From: Agathobacter sp.
GTDB taxonomy: Bacteria > Bacillota > Clostridia > Lachnospirales > Lachnospiraceae
DNA: 64,000 nt
Direction of reading: 5' to 3'
Assembly (NCBI GenBank): GCA_034100525.1
Contig: JAXELM010000097.1
Location: 27,272-91,271 of the forward strand
The position numbers and the translations under genes are program-made. Positions 10,213 to 20,193 of this stretch are shown piece after piece; position 1 is the stretch's first letter; every line of letters begins with the position of its first letter. Under the pieces are notes generated by a model. It searched no databases. It saw nothing but the letters and a program-made list of their open reading frames with translations, and was not told where the DNA came from.

Positions 10213-10663
10213 AATAATATTTATGTGTTCCCCATAAATTACTTTTTTTAAGATCCAGATATTCGTTGTATGCTTTTTCTAAAATCTGCTTTTCATTTGA
10301 AAACTTAAGTAAATGATATGCCTCATGAAATTTATAATAACCTGAGTCTACAAAATACTCTTCTCTTTGTGGCTTACTATAATAACTTTCGCCCATCATC
10401 AAATACCAATGTACATCTTTTTCAACTACATCGTCAGGAATGTTAAAGGAATAATGACTCTTTCCTATATATTGAATTATAGTTGCATTAGCACCGGTTT
10501 CTTCTTTGACTTCCCGTATGGCAGTGTCCTTATATTCCTCTCCAGATTCAACAGTACCCTTTGGAAGTACCCAGCCTTCGTATTTGTTACGATAGTTTTT
10601 GTATAAGAGTAAAATCTTACCACGAAAAATTACCACACCGCCACAGCTTGTTGCTTCGATCAT
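10211..10663 (-). CDS. NUDIX hydrolase (Ap4A-hydrolase-like)
   Basis: Nudix box GTVESGEEYKDTAIREVKEETGA preceded by WVLPKG. Confidence 0.9.
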   Translation of the reverse strand: MIEATSCGGVVIFRGKILLLYKNYRNKYEGWVLPKGTVESGEEYKDTAIREVKEETGANATIIQYIGKSHYSFNIPDDVVEKDVHWYLMMGESYYSKPQREEYFVDSGYYKFHEAYHLLKFSNEKQILEKAYNEYLDLKKSNLWGTHKYY

Positions 10664-10701
10664 TGCAATACCTCCATAGTGTGGTTTGATAAACTAGTTT
10701 T

Positions 10702-10730
10702 AGTATACCCTAAAATAAAAGTATATGCAA
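10702..10730 (-). promoter_or_regulatory. Sigma-A promoter of the NUDIX gene
   Basis: TTGCAT-17 bp-TATACT. Confidence 0.65.
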
Positions 10731-12158
10731 TTAGTTAAAATAAGTATCAAATACACTCTTGGCTATTGGAACAGCATAAGTACTTCCCGCTCCGGAATTT
10801 TCTACAATTACAGCTATTGCAATTTGTCTGTTATCTTTGCGTGCATAGCCTACAAACCATGCATTTGTCTGGTCAGAAGAATCAGAAACCTGCGCTGTAC
10901 CGGTTTTACCATATGCAGAATATGACTGTCCATTCAATTTACTGCCTGTACCCGAGGTTACAACAGCATTCATATACTCCTCAAGAAAAGTGCTTTCTTC
11001 TTCAGACAAAATATCGCCATATTCTTTTGGTGTATTTGATTTTACGGTTATACCTTTATTGTTTTCTGTATGGTCAATAAGGTATGGCGTCATTAGTAGT
11101 CCTTTATTGCAAATTGCACCGGATATCATCGCCATATGCAGCGGTGAAACCATTGTTTTTCCCTGTCCGATACAGGTCTCCATTGTCATAGCGGCAGAAT
11201 CATCTTCTGTGAGAGAAAATCGGCTTTTTGATGATTCAAACGATACCGGAAGACTGGTATTAAATAATAAAGAATCACATAAAGAAGTAAGCTTATCATT
11301 ATTTATTTCAAGTCCTATATTAGCAAATGATGCATTACATGAATTGGCAAAGGAATCCTTTAAAGTTTCTGTACCGTGCTTTTTATTGCCTGCACAATGT
11401 ATGGTTGTGCCATCCTGGGTAAATGCACTATTGCATTCATAAGTATATTCGTCAACCAGTTTTGGCTTTTCGTTGTGATATTCTAAGAGGGTAAAAATTT
11501 TAAAAACTGAACCAGGTGCATATTGTCCCTGAGTAGCTCTATTGTATAATACAGTACTGCCCTCTTTATTTACACTTTCCCAATTCTTGGCAATAGTATT
11601 AGGATCATAATCAGGCTTTGATACCATACAAAGTATTTTTCCAGTGGAAGGTTCTATTGCAATAACTGCTCCGTCATGCTTACCAAGTGCACTGTATGCA
11701 ACACTTTGTAAATCATAATTGATGGTCGTTATTACATTATCTCCGTAGCTTTTTTCGCCCTTAAGGTCATTTAGTATCTGCTCGAGGAAAAACTGATGGG
11801 ATCTTAACAGATTGAAATTTGCCTGACTTTCAAGTCCTGCTTTACCGTTTACAGAATATCCGACAACATGTGCAAAAGTTCTTCCGTAGGGATATTCCCT
11901 AGTTTCATTTCCGTTGCTATCTACCTTAGTCTTGGCGAGAACATATCCATCAGAAGAAATAATCTCACCTCGAATTATATTTTCAGAAAATAAATCTTGT
12001 AAGGAATTGTACGGACTATTAATAAAATCCTCGCTTTTTACCACTTGAAAATATATAAAATATGCCATTAAAGCGATAAAAATAATAAAGAAAAAATATG
12101 CAATTACTGTAAATTCACGATTTCTATTTATTTTCTTTTCCGTTCGCTTTTCTTTCAT
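10731..12158 (-). CDS. Class B penicillin-binding transpeptidase (PbpA-like)
   Basis: SxxK (GSVFK), SxN (SCN) and KTG motifs; N-terminal TM; overlaps a SEDS gene. Confidence 0.92.
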   Translation of the reverse strand: MKEKRTEKKINRNREFTVIAYFFFIIFIALMAYFIYFQVVKSEDFINSPYNSLQDLFSENIIRGEIISSDGYVLAKTKVDSNGNETREYPYGRTFAHVVGYSVNGKAGLESQANFNLLRSHQFFLEQILNDLKGEKSYGDNVITTINYDLQSVAYSALGKHDGAVIAIEPSTGKILCMVSKPDYDPNTIAKNWESVNKEGSTVLYNRATQGQYAPGSVFKIFTLLEYHNEKPKLVDEYTYECNSAFTQDGTTIHCAGNKKHGTETLKDSFANSCNASFANIGLEINNDKLTSLCDSLLFNTSLPVSFESSKSRFSLTEDDSAAMTMETCIGQGKTMVSPLHMAMISGAICNKGLLMTPYLIDHTENNKGITVKSNTPKEYGDILSEEESTFLEEYMNAVVTSGTGSKLNGQSYSAYGKTGTAQVSDSSDQTNAWFVGYARKDNRQIAIAVIVENSGAGSTYAVPIAKSVFDTYFN

Positions 12159-13506
12159 TTACGTCAGTGTCTCCTTTAAGCTTTTTCTTTTTACGTTCTT
12201 CAACTGATTCGCTTTGCATTATATAAAGAGCCTGGATTATTCCGAAGATAATCATTGTTGAGAGTAATGAGCTTCCACCATAACTTATAAGCGGTAAAGT
12301 GACACCGGTAGAAGGAATGAATTTGGTAACACCACCGATTGTCAAAAATACCTGCAATGCATAGAGACTTCCAAGACCCAGTGCAACTAATTTGTAAAAC
12401 TGGTCTTTCATCTGCATTGCAACATTAAAAATCATCAGAAAGCAGCTTATACATATCATTATTATGCAAAGCGCAAATATTCCACCCATTTCTTCTGAAA
12501 TTGCTGAAAAAATAAAATCATTCTCTACAACAGGTATTTTCTTAGGCAGACCTTGTCCGAGACCTAATCCAAACCATCCACCTGTACCGATTGCAAACAG
12601 AGATTGACAAACCTGATAGCCCTCTTTGTCAATTACTGCAAGCGGATCCTGCCATGCCAGTACTCGCGTCTGTACATGTGAAAAGAGCTTAAATCCAATC
12701 AGTGCTCCTACTGCCAGAAAACTTATTCCACCAGCAAAAATATAAAACTTTCTCGTAGCTACATATACCATTACCAGATATGTGAAAAAGAATAATAATG
12801 CTCCACCTAAATCCCTAGAGGCTACAAGAGTTAATACAAAAACAGCTGAAACAATACTTGTCGTAACAAGCTGTTTAAAGTCTGTATTCTTGTACAGCAT
12901 TGAAGCTATATAAAACACAAAAAGAATTTTGACAAACTCTGAAGGCTGTATTGTAATACCTCCAAAACTTATAGTAAGGTAAGCACCATAGCTTTTCTTT
13001 CCGATGACACGGACAAGTACAAGAGCGATTATTCCGACTGATGCATACAGCCATGTAAAGTTTCTAAACATTGATACATGGTTAAGAATAAGAGGAATAA
13101 TAATTGCAATTATAAAACCGATCAGTATAAACATAAATTGTTTGAACGCTTTATCAAATGATAGTCTTGTAAGCTCTATCATTCCAATGCTAAGAAGTAA
13201 GAGCATATTGTTCAGAACAAGGTTTGATGCTTTTTTATAAAAAAGACGATACATAAGCAAAATTGCAAGAAAAAGAATTAATTGCATCAGATAAAAACCA
13301 AGCATCTGTTTGTTTCTATTCTGCAGGAACAATACCAAAAAAGCGTCGAAATGTATAAGAAATATCAGCTTTCTCTGTGTGGCATATATGTGGTTTTGCT
13401 TGTCAGCCTTGTCAGTAAATTTAAAAATATGGAAGCATTCATATGTATATATGAGTATTAGAAATATCATAAAATATTTGGATGCTTCTACGAATAAATG
13501 TGTCAT
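12124..13506 (-). CDS. FtsW/RodA/SpoVE family SEDS glycosyltransferase
   Basis: IQPSEFVK, DLGGA, NDFIFSAISEE, IPSTGVTLPLISYGGSS. Confidence 0.93.
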   Translation of the reverse strand: MTHLFVEASKYFMIFLILIYTYECFHIFKFTDKADKQNHIYATQRKLIFLIHFDAFLVLFLQNRNKQMLGFYLMQLILFLAILLMYRLFYKKASNLVLNNMLLLLSIGMIELTRLSFDKAFKQFMFILIGFIIAIIIPLILNHVSMFRNFTWLYASVGIIALVLVRVIGKKSYGAYLTISFGGITIQPSEFVKILFVFYIASMLYKNTDFKQLVTTSIVSAVFVLTLVASRDLGGALLFFFTYLVMVYVATRKFYIFAGGISFLAVGALIGFKLFSHVQTRVLAWQDPLAVIDKEGYQVCQSLFAIGTGGWFGLGLGQGLPKKIPVVENDFIFSAISEEMGGIFALCIIMICISCFLMIFNVAMQMKDQFYKLVALGLGSLYALQVFLTIGGVTKFIPSTGVTLPLISYGGSSLLSTMIIFGIIQALYIMQSESVEERKKKKLKGDTDVNERKANGKENK

Positions 13507-13509
13507 TAA

Positions 13510-15705
13510 CTATTCCACTCCTCTTTTGAAATGCCCATTTGTATATTCGAAATCGACATTTTCTTTATCAAAATTATTGTATAATTCAAGTACTTTATCT
13601 GCAAAAGATATACTTTCTGTTGTAAAACATATTCTAAAGTCATTTATTCCATAACTTTTTATCTTGTCAATATTTGAAAAAAGCATAGTTGGAACTGAAT
13701 TGTATATAGTATTATAACATTCATTACATTTGTTCTTAACAGCAAATAATTTATTATATCTGTCTTTTAGGTATAGCGTTTGTTTACACTTATCACAGCC
13801 CTTTGTATTCTTGTGAACGCAGCCAGCAGACGTCATAAGTACATAATGTCCATATATAATCATCTCGCTGCCGCTGTTATTTCTGTTTGCAATTTCCTTA
13901 CTGTTTAATTCAATAGGTACTGTGTCGTGTAAAACACCTTCCTGCTCAAATGAGTATTTGGCATAATCATTGTATGTATACATATTATAATCAATTATGA
14001 CATCTATTTCATTTAAATATTTATTAAGATTTTCTTTAATAAACTGAAGTTCTTCATAATTTTTGATGACAAGACCATTTAATTTTGACAAGATATCAAG
14101 TACATCTGACTGTTCGAAAAAACTGGCAGTATCCTTTCTGAAAATGTATGGCATGATAAGATAAATATCCTTATTATGCATCTTAACAAAATCAATATCT
14201 TTAGATAATTCTTTTGCAAAAGAATTTCTGTTATAGGCATCATAGTCGATATATATTTTGTCTATGTAATCTTTGGATACGCATAAGTCTAGTAAGTTCC
14301 TGTCTTCTATGGATACACGAAGACAGATATTATTTAAACTTGGCTGGTCTGAATCTGCTATTTTATAGTCAAGCCCGGCAATGCTACTATCATCTTTTTT
14401 GTAGCCTGATAATAATTTATCATATAATTGATCAATAGCAGCTCTTTTTAATCTGTTGAGCTCTCCATTTGGAACAAACACATTGTCTTCAATTTCAATA
14501 TCCAAAGAAGAAAATTCGAAATCGGTATCTTTAATTTTTGATAATCTAGACTTGATTTGTTCGTAAGTAACAGGTGAATTTTTGGCTTCTTCAACCACAT
14601 TGCCTTCGACAGTTATACAATAATCGTTGTAAAATAAATTTAATACTGCTGGTGAATTTTTGTAAAAATATGCTTGTCCGGTAATTGGTAGTTTGTTATC
14701 AGACGTATATCTGTCTAACACAGACTGATGTAATTTCTCATCAGCCGTTGCATAATTTGGCTTCTTATATGTAACCATATCAGGGGAATTGTGTTTAAAG
14801 TAATAATCGTTTGTAAAACCACATCTGTTTCCTAAATTCGATATTGCCTGTCTGTCATTTTTCGATATATCATTATTGTGTTCTGCAATATATTTATCGA
14901 TGTATTTTCTATAATATGATACAATTCCAGCTGCATAAGAAGTCTGTTTCATGCGGCCTTCGATTTTTAACGAATAAACTCCGGCTTCATGAAGCTCTTT
15001 TAGGCTTTCTATGCCACACATATCCTTTAAGCTAAGAATATAATCATCCGTGGATATTTTGGTCATTTTGGAATCGAATACCTGGTATGGAAGACGGCAA
15101 GGCTGTGCGCAACGTCCTCTGTTACCACTTCTTCCCCCAATCATGCTGCTAAAAAGACATTGTCCTGAATATGAATAGCATAATGCACCGTGTACAAAAG
15201 CTTCTATTTCCATTCCTGTTTCTTTATGTAGATGTTTCATCTCGTCAAGGGATACTTCTCTTGCCATTACAACACGCGTCACACCGAATTTTTGCAAAAA
15301 TCGTACTCCGTATGAGCCTGTTACAGTCATCTGTGTACTTGTATGCAGAGGTAAATCAGGAAAAGTGTCATGTAATACTCTCAAGGTTCCGAAATCCTGA
15401 ACTAACACGGCATCTAAACCATTCAAATAAAATGGTTTAATATATTCAATTAATTTGTTCTTTATCTCATCGTTTTTAAGTAAAGTATTTACTGTTAAAT
15501 ATACTTTGCACCCGCGTAAATGAGCATAATTCATAGCACTTATTAATTCATCTGTAGTAAAATTATTGGCATATGCCCTTGCTCCAAAAAGATTACCGCC
15601 TACATAAACCGCATCTGCACCAGCATTTATTACTGCTTTAAAAGTGTCATAGGAGCCAGCAGGTGCCAGCAACTCAAAAATATCATTTTGATTATTATTT
15701 TCCAT
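13510..15705 (-). CDS. Peptidase U32 family protein, long RlhA-type (probable 23S rRNA hydroxylase)
   Basis: ELLAPAG, GADAVY, FVHGALCYSYSGQC, RSGNRGRCAQPCR, SLKIEGRMK, T-x-GHF-x-RGV tail; start set at ATG 15705 (SD AGGT), alternative 15723. Confidence 0.88.
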   Translation of the reverse strand: MENNNQNDIFELLAPAGSYDTFKAVINAGADAVYVGGNLFGARAYANNFTTDELISAMNYAHLRGCKVYLTVNTLLKNDEIKNKLIEYIKPFYLNGLDAVLVQDFGTLRVLHDTFPDLPLHTSTQMTVTGSYGVRFLQKFGVTRVVMAREVSLDEMKHLHKETGMEIEAFVHGALCYSYSGQCLFSSMIGGRSGNRGRCAQPCRLPYQVFDSKMTKISTDDYILSLKDMCGIESLKELHEAGVYSLKIEGRMKQTSYAAGIVSYYRKYIDKYIAEHNNDISKNDRQAISNLGNRCGFTNDYYFKHNSPDMVTYKKPNYATADEKLHQSVLDRYTSDNKLPITGQAYFYKNSPAVLNLFYNDYCITVEGNVVEEAKNSPVTYEQIKSRLSKIKDTDFEFSSLDIEIEDNVFVPNGELNRLKRAAIDQLYDKLLSGYKKDDSSIAGLDYKIADSDQPSLNNICLRVSIEDRNLLDLCVSKDYIDKIYIDYDAYNRNSFAKELSKDIDFVKMHNKDIYLIMPYIFRKDTASFFEQSDVLDILSKLNGLVIKNYEELQFIKENLNKYLNEIDVIIDYNMYTYNDYAKYSFEQEGVLHDTVPIELNSKEIANRNNSGSEMIIYGHYVLMTSAGCVHKNTKGCDKCKQTLYLKDRYNKLFAVKNKCNECYNTIYNSVPTMLFSNIDKIKSYGINDFRICFTTESISFADKVLELYNNFDKENVDFEYTNGHFKRGVE

Positions 15706-15740
15706 ATAATTTACCTGACTCATACATTTTTTACAATATT

Positions 15741-15766
15741 AAAAATGGGACAGAAAAAACTGTCCC
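15741..15766 (-). terminator. Terminator after zapA
   Basis: GGGACAG/CTGTCCC stem followed by ATTTTT on the minus strand. Confidence 0.6.
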
Positions 15767-15771
15767 TTAAA

Positions 15772-16200
15772 TTACTTTTTTTTAGTTTTACCATCAAGAA
15801 GTGTATCTTCTAATGTTGCTTCTAATCTTGCTTTATTAAGTAACAAGTCTTTGTTTTCTGCTTCAAGCTCTTTAAGTGAGGCCTCAGCTGATTCAGCCTT
15901 AATCTGATTAGAAATCAATTCATGCTTTAAATCATAAATCTCTTTTTCCTTTATTTCCAGGTCTTTTTCAAGCTTCTCAACATGTGATTTGGCCTTGAAA
16001 TAATCGTCTGCTATATTTAGTTGTATGTATGTGCTTTTCATATTAAGTGGAAGATGACGAAAATCCTCTATTGCGTCATATTCCGAAATTTTATTATTGA
16101 TATAAGCAGCTACTTTCTGTAAATACTCTTCACCTTCATAGCCACTAAGTGTATATACTTTTCCGTCTATTACAACTTCCGCACTTGTTTTCGCAGACAT
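15772..16200 (-). CDS. zapA: Cell division protein ZapA with C-terminal coiled coil
   Basis: VVIDGKVYTLSG, EEYLQKVAAYINNK, LNIADDYFK. Confidence 0.88.
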   Translation of the reverse strand: MSAKTSAEVVIDGKVYTLSGYEGEEYLQKVAAYINNKISEYDAIEDFRHLPLNMKSTYIQLNIADDYFKAKSHVEKLEKDLEIKEKEIYDLKHELISNQIKAESAEASLKELEAENKDLLLNKARLEATLEDTLLDGKTKKK

Positions 16201-16234
16201 ATCATTTCCTCCAGTTTGTTAAATACAATATATT

Positions 16235-16260
16235 GTACATTATACAAGTACATTATACAA
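16235..16260. repeat. 13-bp tandem direct repeat (2 copies) in the zapA promoter
   Basis: GTACATTATACAA at 16235-16247 and 16248-16260. Confidence 0.9.
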
Positions 16261-16267
16261 AATGCAA
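16239..16267 (-). promoter_or_regulatory. Sigma-A promoter of zapA
   Basis: TTGCAT-17 bp-TATAAT. Confidence 0.75.
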
Positions 16268-16271
16268 TACC

Positions 16272-17267
16272 CTACTGACGTGTAATCCCAAAATGTTCAT
16301 ATGCAAAATCAGTAGCCACACGTCCTTTGGGAGTTCTGTTTATAAAACCGTTCTTGACAAGGTATGGCTCATATACATCTTCTATTGTTCCGGAATCTTC
16401 TCCAATTGAAGCTGCCAATGTATCAAGCCCCACAGGTCCACCATTAAACTTCTCTATGATAGTCATGATGATAGTTCTATCACTCATATCAAGTCCCATT
16501 TTATCTACTTCAAGCAAATCTAATGCGAAAGATGCCACATCATATGTTATGTTGCCATCATATTTTACTTCTGCAAAATCTCTTACTCTTTTAAGAAGTC
16601 TGTTGGCAAGTCTTGGTGTTCCTCTTGAACGTCTGGCCATCTCATAAGCACCCTTTTCATCAATAGAGACATTTAGAACTTTTGCTGATTGCATTATAAT
16701 AGTTTTTAGTTCCTCGACTGTATAAAATTCCATATGGTTAACTACACCAAATCTGTCTCTAAGCGGTGCAGACAGCATTCCAGCCCTCGTAGTTGCACCT
16801 ACTAAAGTGAATTTGGGCAGATTAAGTCGTATTGAACGCGCGGATTCACCTTTACCTATCATTACATCTATAGCATAATCTTCCATTGCAGGATATAGCA
16901 CTTCTTCAACCTGACGGTTAAGTCTGTGTATTTCATCCACAAAGAGAATATCACCCTCCTGCAGACCATTGAGTATCGCAGCCATCTCTCCTGGTTTTCC
17001 TATTGCAGGACCCGATGTAATTTTGACATGGGTTCCCATCTCATTTGCGATGATTCCGGCAAGTGTTGTTTTTCCAAGTCCTGGAGGACCATAAAATAAT
17101 ACATGGTCTAAGGATTCGCCTCTTTGTTTGGCTGCTTCAATATAAATTTTTAAGTTGTCTTTTATTTTCTCCTGACCAATATAATCGTTTAAAGTCTGAG
17201 GTCTTAAACTGCTTTCAATTTTAATATCCTCTTCCTGTATTTTGGTCGATATAATTTTTTTCTCCAT
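16272..17267 (-). CDS. ruvB: Holliday junction helicase RuvB
   Basis: [39 protein letters not shown]. Confidence 0.98.
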   Translation of the reverse strand: MEKKIISTKIQEEDIKIESSLRPQTLNDYIGQEKIKDNLKIYIEAAKQRGESLDHVLFYGPPGLGKTTLAGIIANEMGTHVKITSGPAIGKPGEMAAILNGLQEGDILFVDEIHRLNRQVEEVLYPAMEDYAIDVMIGKGESARSIRLNLPKFTLVGATTRAGMLSAPLRDRFGVVNHMEFYTVEELKTIIMQSAKVLNVSIDEKGAYEMARRSRGTPRLANRLLKRVRDFAEVKYDGNITYDVASFALDLLEVDKMGLDMSDRTIIMTIIEKFNGGPVGLDTLAASIGEDSGTIEDVYEPYLVKNGFINRTPKGRVATDFAYEHFGITRQ

Positions 17268-17276
17268 AATACCTCG

Positions 17277-17888
17277 TTAAAATAATGACATATGCTTTAA
17301 TGCAGCTTTTAACACATCTTCTACATCCATATCTTCAGTTATTTCTACTTTCGATACAGCCTTTAAGCTTTCAGTAGATGAATATCCTAGTGCATTCAGA
17401 GCAAGAACAGCGTCATTTTTAATCGAATTATTTTCTGGTAATACTTTATTAGTAGTATGTTCAAGTTTCTTTTCGAAGGCTTCTTCCAAAGACATTTTGT
17501 CCTTTAAGTCTATTATAACTCTCTGCGCGGTCTTCGCACCTATTCCGGGAGCCTTTGCAATTGCTTTTGCATCATCGGATAGTACAGCAAACCGAAGGTC
17601 GTCAGTTGACAGAGTAGATAATATTCCAAGTCCACCTTTAGGACCTATGCCGCTTACAGTGATAAGCATTTTGAACATATCAAGGTCATCTCTTGTCAAA
17701 AAACCATATAACATCATGGCATCTTCACGAATATAAAGATATGTATGTATTTTGACCATCTCGCCAATAGATGGAAGATAGTTCAAAGTATTTGTCGGGA
17801 TGTAAATCTGATAACCTATACCATTTACATCTAATACTATGTGGTCTGAATTTATTTCTGCTAATTCTCCACGTATATATGAATACAT
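17277..17888 (-). CDS. ruvA: Holliday junction protein RuvA
   Basis: MYSYIRG, IREDAMMLYGF, VSGIGPK, PGIGAKTAQRVIIDLKDK, ALNALGY. Confidence 0.97.
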   Translation of the reverse strand: MYSYIRGELAEINSDHIVLDVNGIGYQIYIPTNTLNYLPSIGEMVKIHTYLYIREDAMMLYGFLTRDDLDMFKMLITVSGIGPKGGLGILSTLSTDDLRFAVLSDDAKAIAKAPGIGAKTAQRVIIDLKDKMSLEEAFEKKLEHTTNKVLPENNSIKNDAVLALNALGYSSTESLKAVSKVEITEDMDVEDVLKAALKHMSLF

Positions 17889-17896
17889 AAAGCCTC

Positions 17897-18385
17897 CTAA
17901 AACTTAAAACGATTACCGATACGAATAATTAGTTCCTGTGACAGAATTCCAATCACAAGCCCGGTAATCATTCCACTTATAAGTAAAACCGGAATATAAA
18001 ATAAAACATTATAATTGTTTACAATATAGGCAGCTACAATAATCTGCGCAATATTGTGCGAGATTCCACCACAGATGCTGACTGTAAGACATTTAAATTT
18101 GCCGGTTTTTTTGACTATATACATTACCAAAAAGCTTGTAAGCCCGCCGGCAAGGGAATATATGATACTAAACAGGTTTGTAAACATAAAGCCTGCAAGT
18201 AATATTCTAAGAACAGAAACAAAAAAGGCTTCTTTCGTTCCAACAAGATATAACATCCATACAACCACAATATTTGTAAGACCAAGTTTTACACCGGGAA
18301 TACCTATTGAAAAAAAGGATTCTATATAACTGCAGATTAGGGCTAATGCCAAAAAGAGTCCCATATATGCTGTTTTTCTTTTCAT
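17897..18385 (-). CDS. Gx transporter / heptaprenyl diphosphate synthase component I family membrane protein (EetB-like ECF S-component)
   Basis: YIES...PGVKLGLTN, SLAGG, GGISHNIAQI; about 5 TM segments; ATG 18385 with SD AGAGGAG. Confidence 0.85.
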   Translation of the reverse strand: MKRKTAYMGLFLALALICSYIESFFSIGIPGVKLGLTNIVVVWMLYLVGTKEAFFVSVLRILLAGFMFTNLFSIIYSLAGGLTSFLVMYIVKKTGKFKCLTVSICGGISHNIAQIIVAAYIVNNYNVLFYIPVLLISGMITGLVIGILSQELIIRIGNRFKF

Positions 18386-18396
18386 TGACAACTCCT

Positions 18397-18780
18397 CTAG
18401 TTTGAAATTGCATCTAAATCTGAATCTGTGTCAGATTCAATAGTCACCACAACCTTATTGGGCAGGCATACAATTGTCTCTTTTTCCAAAGAAATAGCTT
18501 TGTGTTTCATACAAAGCTTATCCGGGCACGATGCCTCTGACATTGTAGCGGTATTGTTACTGATGGATAGAATATTGGTGATTTGACCTGTTGCATCTGT
18601 TATGTCTATTTCAGTATCTTCGCATAACGGATAGCGGCCATACTCTTTTCCGTCAACAGTTACAACAGCAAAATCACCATTTTGATTATATTTCGAATAA
18701 AATAATATAGTAAATAATGTTATAACGGCAAAAATAAGACTGATAAAAATTAAATCATATTTACCAATTCTTTTTTTCAT
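18397..18780 (-). CDS. NusG domain II-containing extracytoplasmic protein (EetA-like)
   Basis: N-terminal TM, ASCPDKLC...IVCLPNKVVV signature. Confidence 0.88.
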   Translation of the reverse strand: MKKRIGKYDLIFISLIFAVITLFTILFYSKYNQNGDFAVVTVDGKEYGRYPLCEDTEIDITDATGQITNILSISNNTATMSEASCPDKLCMKHKAISLEKETIVCLPNKVVVTIESDTDSDLDAISN

Positions 18781-20183
18781 TATTCAGCAATCACTCCAAT
18801 ATAATAAAAGCCTTTACATTCTTTGAGGGTTACATTGTATATATTCCCTACCATGTCTTTATTGCCCGGAAAATGAACTACAGAATTGTTTTCCAGACGT
18901 CCTGTAATAAGACTTGAATCGTGCTCATTCATTTCCTCTGCCAGTACCGGCAATGTCTGTCCTTCAAGCTTCATTGCTTTCTCTGATGAAATATCCTGAA
19001 CTTCTTTTAAAAGACGGTCAAATCTGTCTTTTATTACATCATCTGGTATCTGTTCGTCCATTTTAGCTGCCGGAGTGCCTGTTCGTTTTGAATAGATAAA
19101 AGTAAATGCACTATCATATCTTACCTGCTTGACAACATCCATTGTCTCTAAGAAGTCCTCTTCTGTTTCACCAGGGAATCCAACAATGATATCTGTTGTA
19201 AGTGCAATGTCAGGGATGGCTTCTCTTAAACGTCTTACTTCATCTAAATACTGCTCTTTATCATAATGTCTGTTCATTACCTTGAGGATTCTTGAACTAC
19301 CTGACTGAAGAGGTAAATGAAGGTGCTTGCATACCTTATCACATTCTTTCATTGCCAAAATAAGTTCATCTGATAAATCCTTTGGATGAGAAGTCATAAA
19401 TCGTATTCTCTTCAACCCTTCAATTTCATTTACAGCTCTAAGTAATTCCGCAAAAGATACAGGATTTTCAAGATTTTTTCCATAGGAATTGACGTTCTGT
19501 CCTAAGAGCATTACTTCGCATACACCATCAGCCACAAGTCCTTCAATTTCGCGAATGATATCCTTTGGTTCACGGCTTCGCTCTCTTCCTCGTACATATG
19601 GAACAATACAGTAGCTGCAGAAATTGTTGCATCCAAACATGATATTGACCCCTGACTTGAAAGAGAATTTTCTCTTCACCGGTAAATCTTCAACTATCTT
19701 GTCAGTATCCTTCCAGATATCGATAATCATTGATTTCGATTCATAACACTGACATAATAATTCTGCAAATTTGAATATGTTATGTGTTCCGAAAACTAAA
19801 TTAACATACTTATAATTTTTACGAATTTTCTCAACGACATCAGGCTCCTGCATCATACATCCGCATAATGCAATCATCATTTCCGGATTTTTCTTCTTTA
19901 ATGTCGACAAATAACCAAGACGCCCATATACTTTGTTGTTGGCGTTTTCTCTTACGGTACATGTATTGTAAATAACAAAATCTGCCTTTTCATCTGGAGC
20001 TTCAATATATCCAATCTCTTCAAGTATTCCTACAAGCTTCTCTGAATCGCGGGCATTCATCTGACATCCGAAAGTAGTAACATGGAAAGTCAGCTTACGA
20101 CCTAATTCTTTTTCTTTGTTTGTAATATATTTTTTTGCCTTATCCATATATGAATACTGCATTTGTGCTTCTAAATCTCTCAT
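18780..20183 (-). CDS. miaB: tRNA methylthiotransferase MiaB
   Basis: TFGCQMNARDSE, NTCTVRENA, radical SAM CNNFCSYC, RFMTSHP, TRAM domain; start at ATG 20183 (SD GAGGA). Confidence 0.96.
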   Translation of the reverse strand: MRDLEAQMQYSYMDKAKKYITNKEKELGRKLTFHVTTFGCQMNARDSEKLVGILEEIGYIEAPDEKADFVIYNTCTVRENANNKVYGRLGYLSTLKKKNPEMMIALCGCMMQEPDVVEKIRKNYKYVNLVFGTHNIFKFAELLCQCYESKSMIIDIWKDTDKIVEDLPVKRKFSFKSGVNIMFGCNNFCSYCIVPYVRGRERSREPKDIIREIEGLVADGVCEVMLLGQNVNSYGKNLENPVSFAELLRAVNEIEGLKRIRFMTSHPKDLSDELILAMKECDKVCKHLHLPLQSGSSRILKVMNRHYDKEQYLDEVRRLREAIPDIALTTDIIVGFPGETEEDFLETMDVVKQVRYDSAFTFIYSKRTGTPAAKMDEQIPDDVIKDRFDRLLKEVQDISSEKAMKLEGQTLPVLAEEMNEHDSSLITGRLENNSVVHFPGNKDMVGNIYNVTLKECKGFYYIGVIAE

Positions 20184-20193
20184 AAAATCCTCA

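Noticed and set aside
12124-12158. 35-nt SEDS/PBP overlap as a frameshift fusion
   Set aside because: The PBP has its own SD and ATG; I saw no convincing shift site; ordinary translational coupling.
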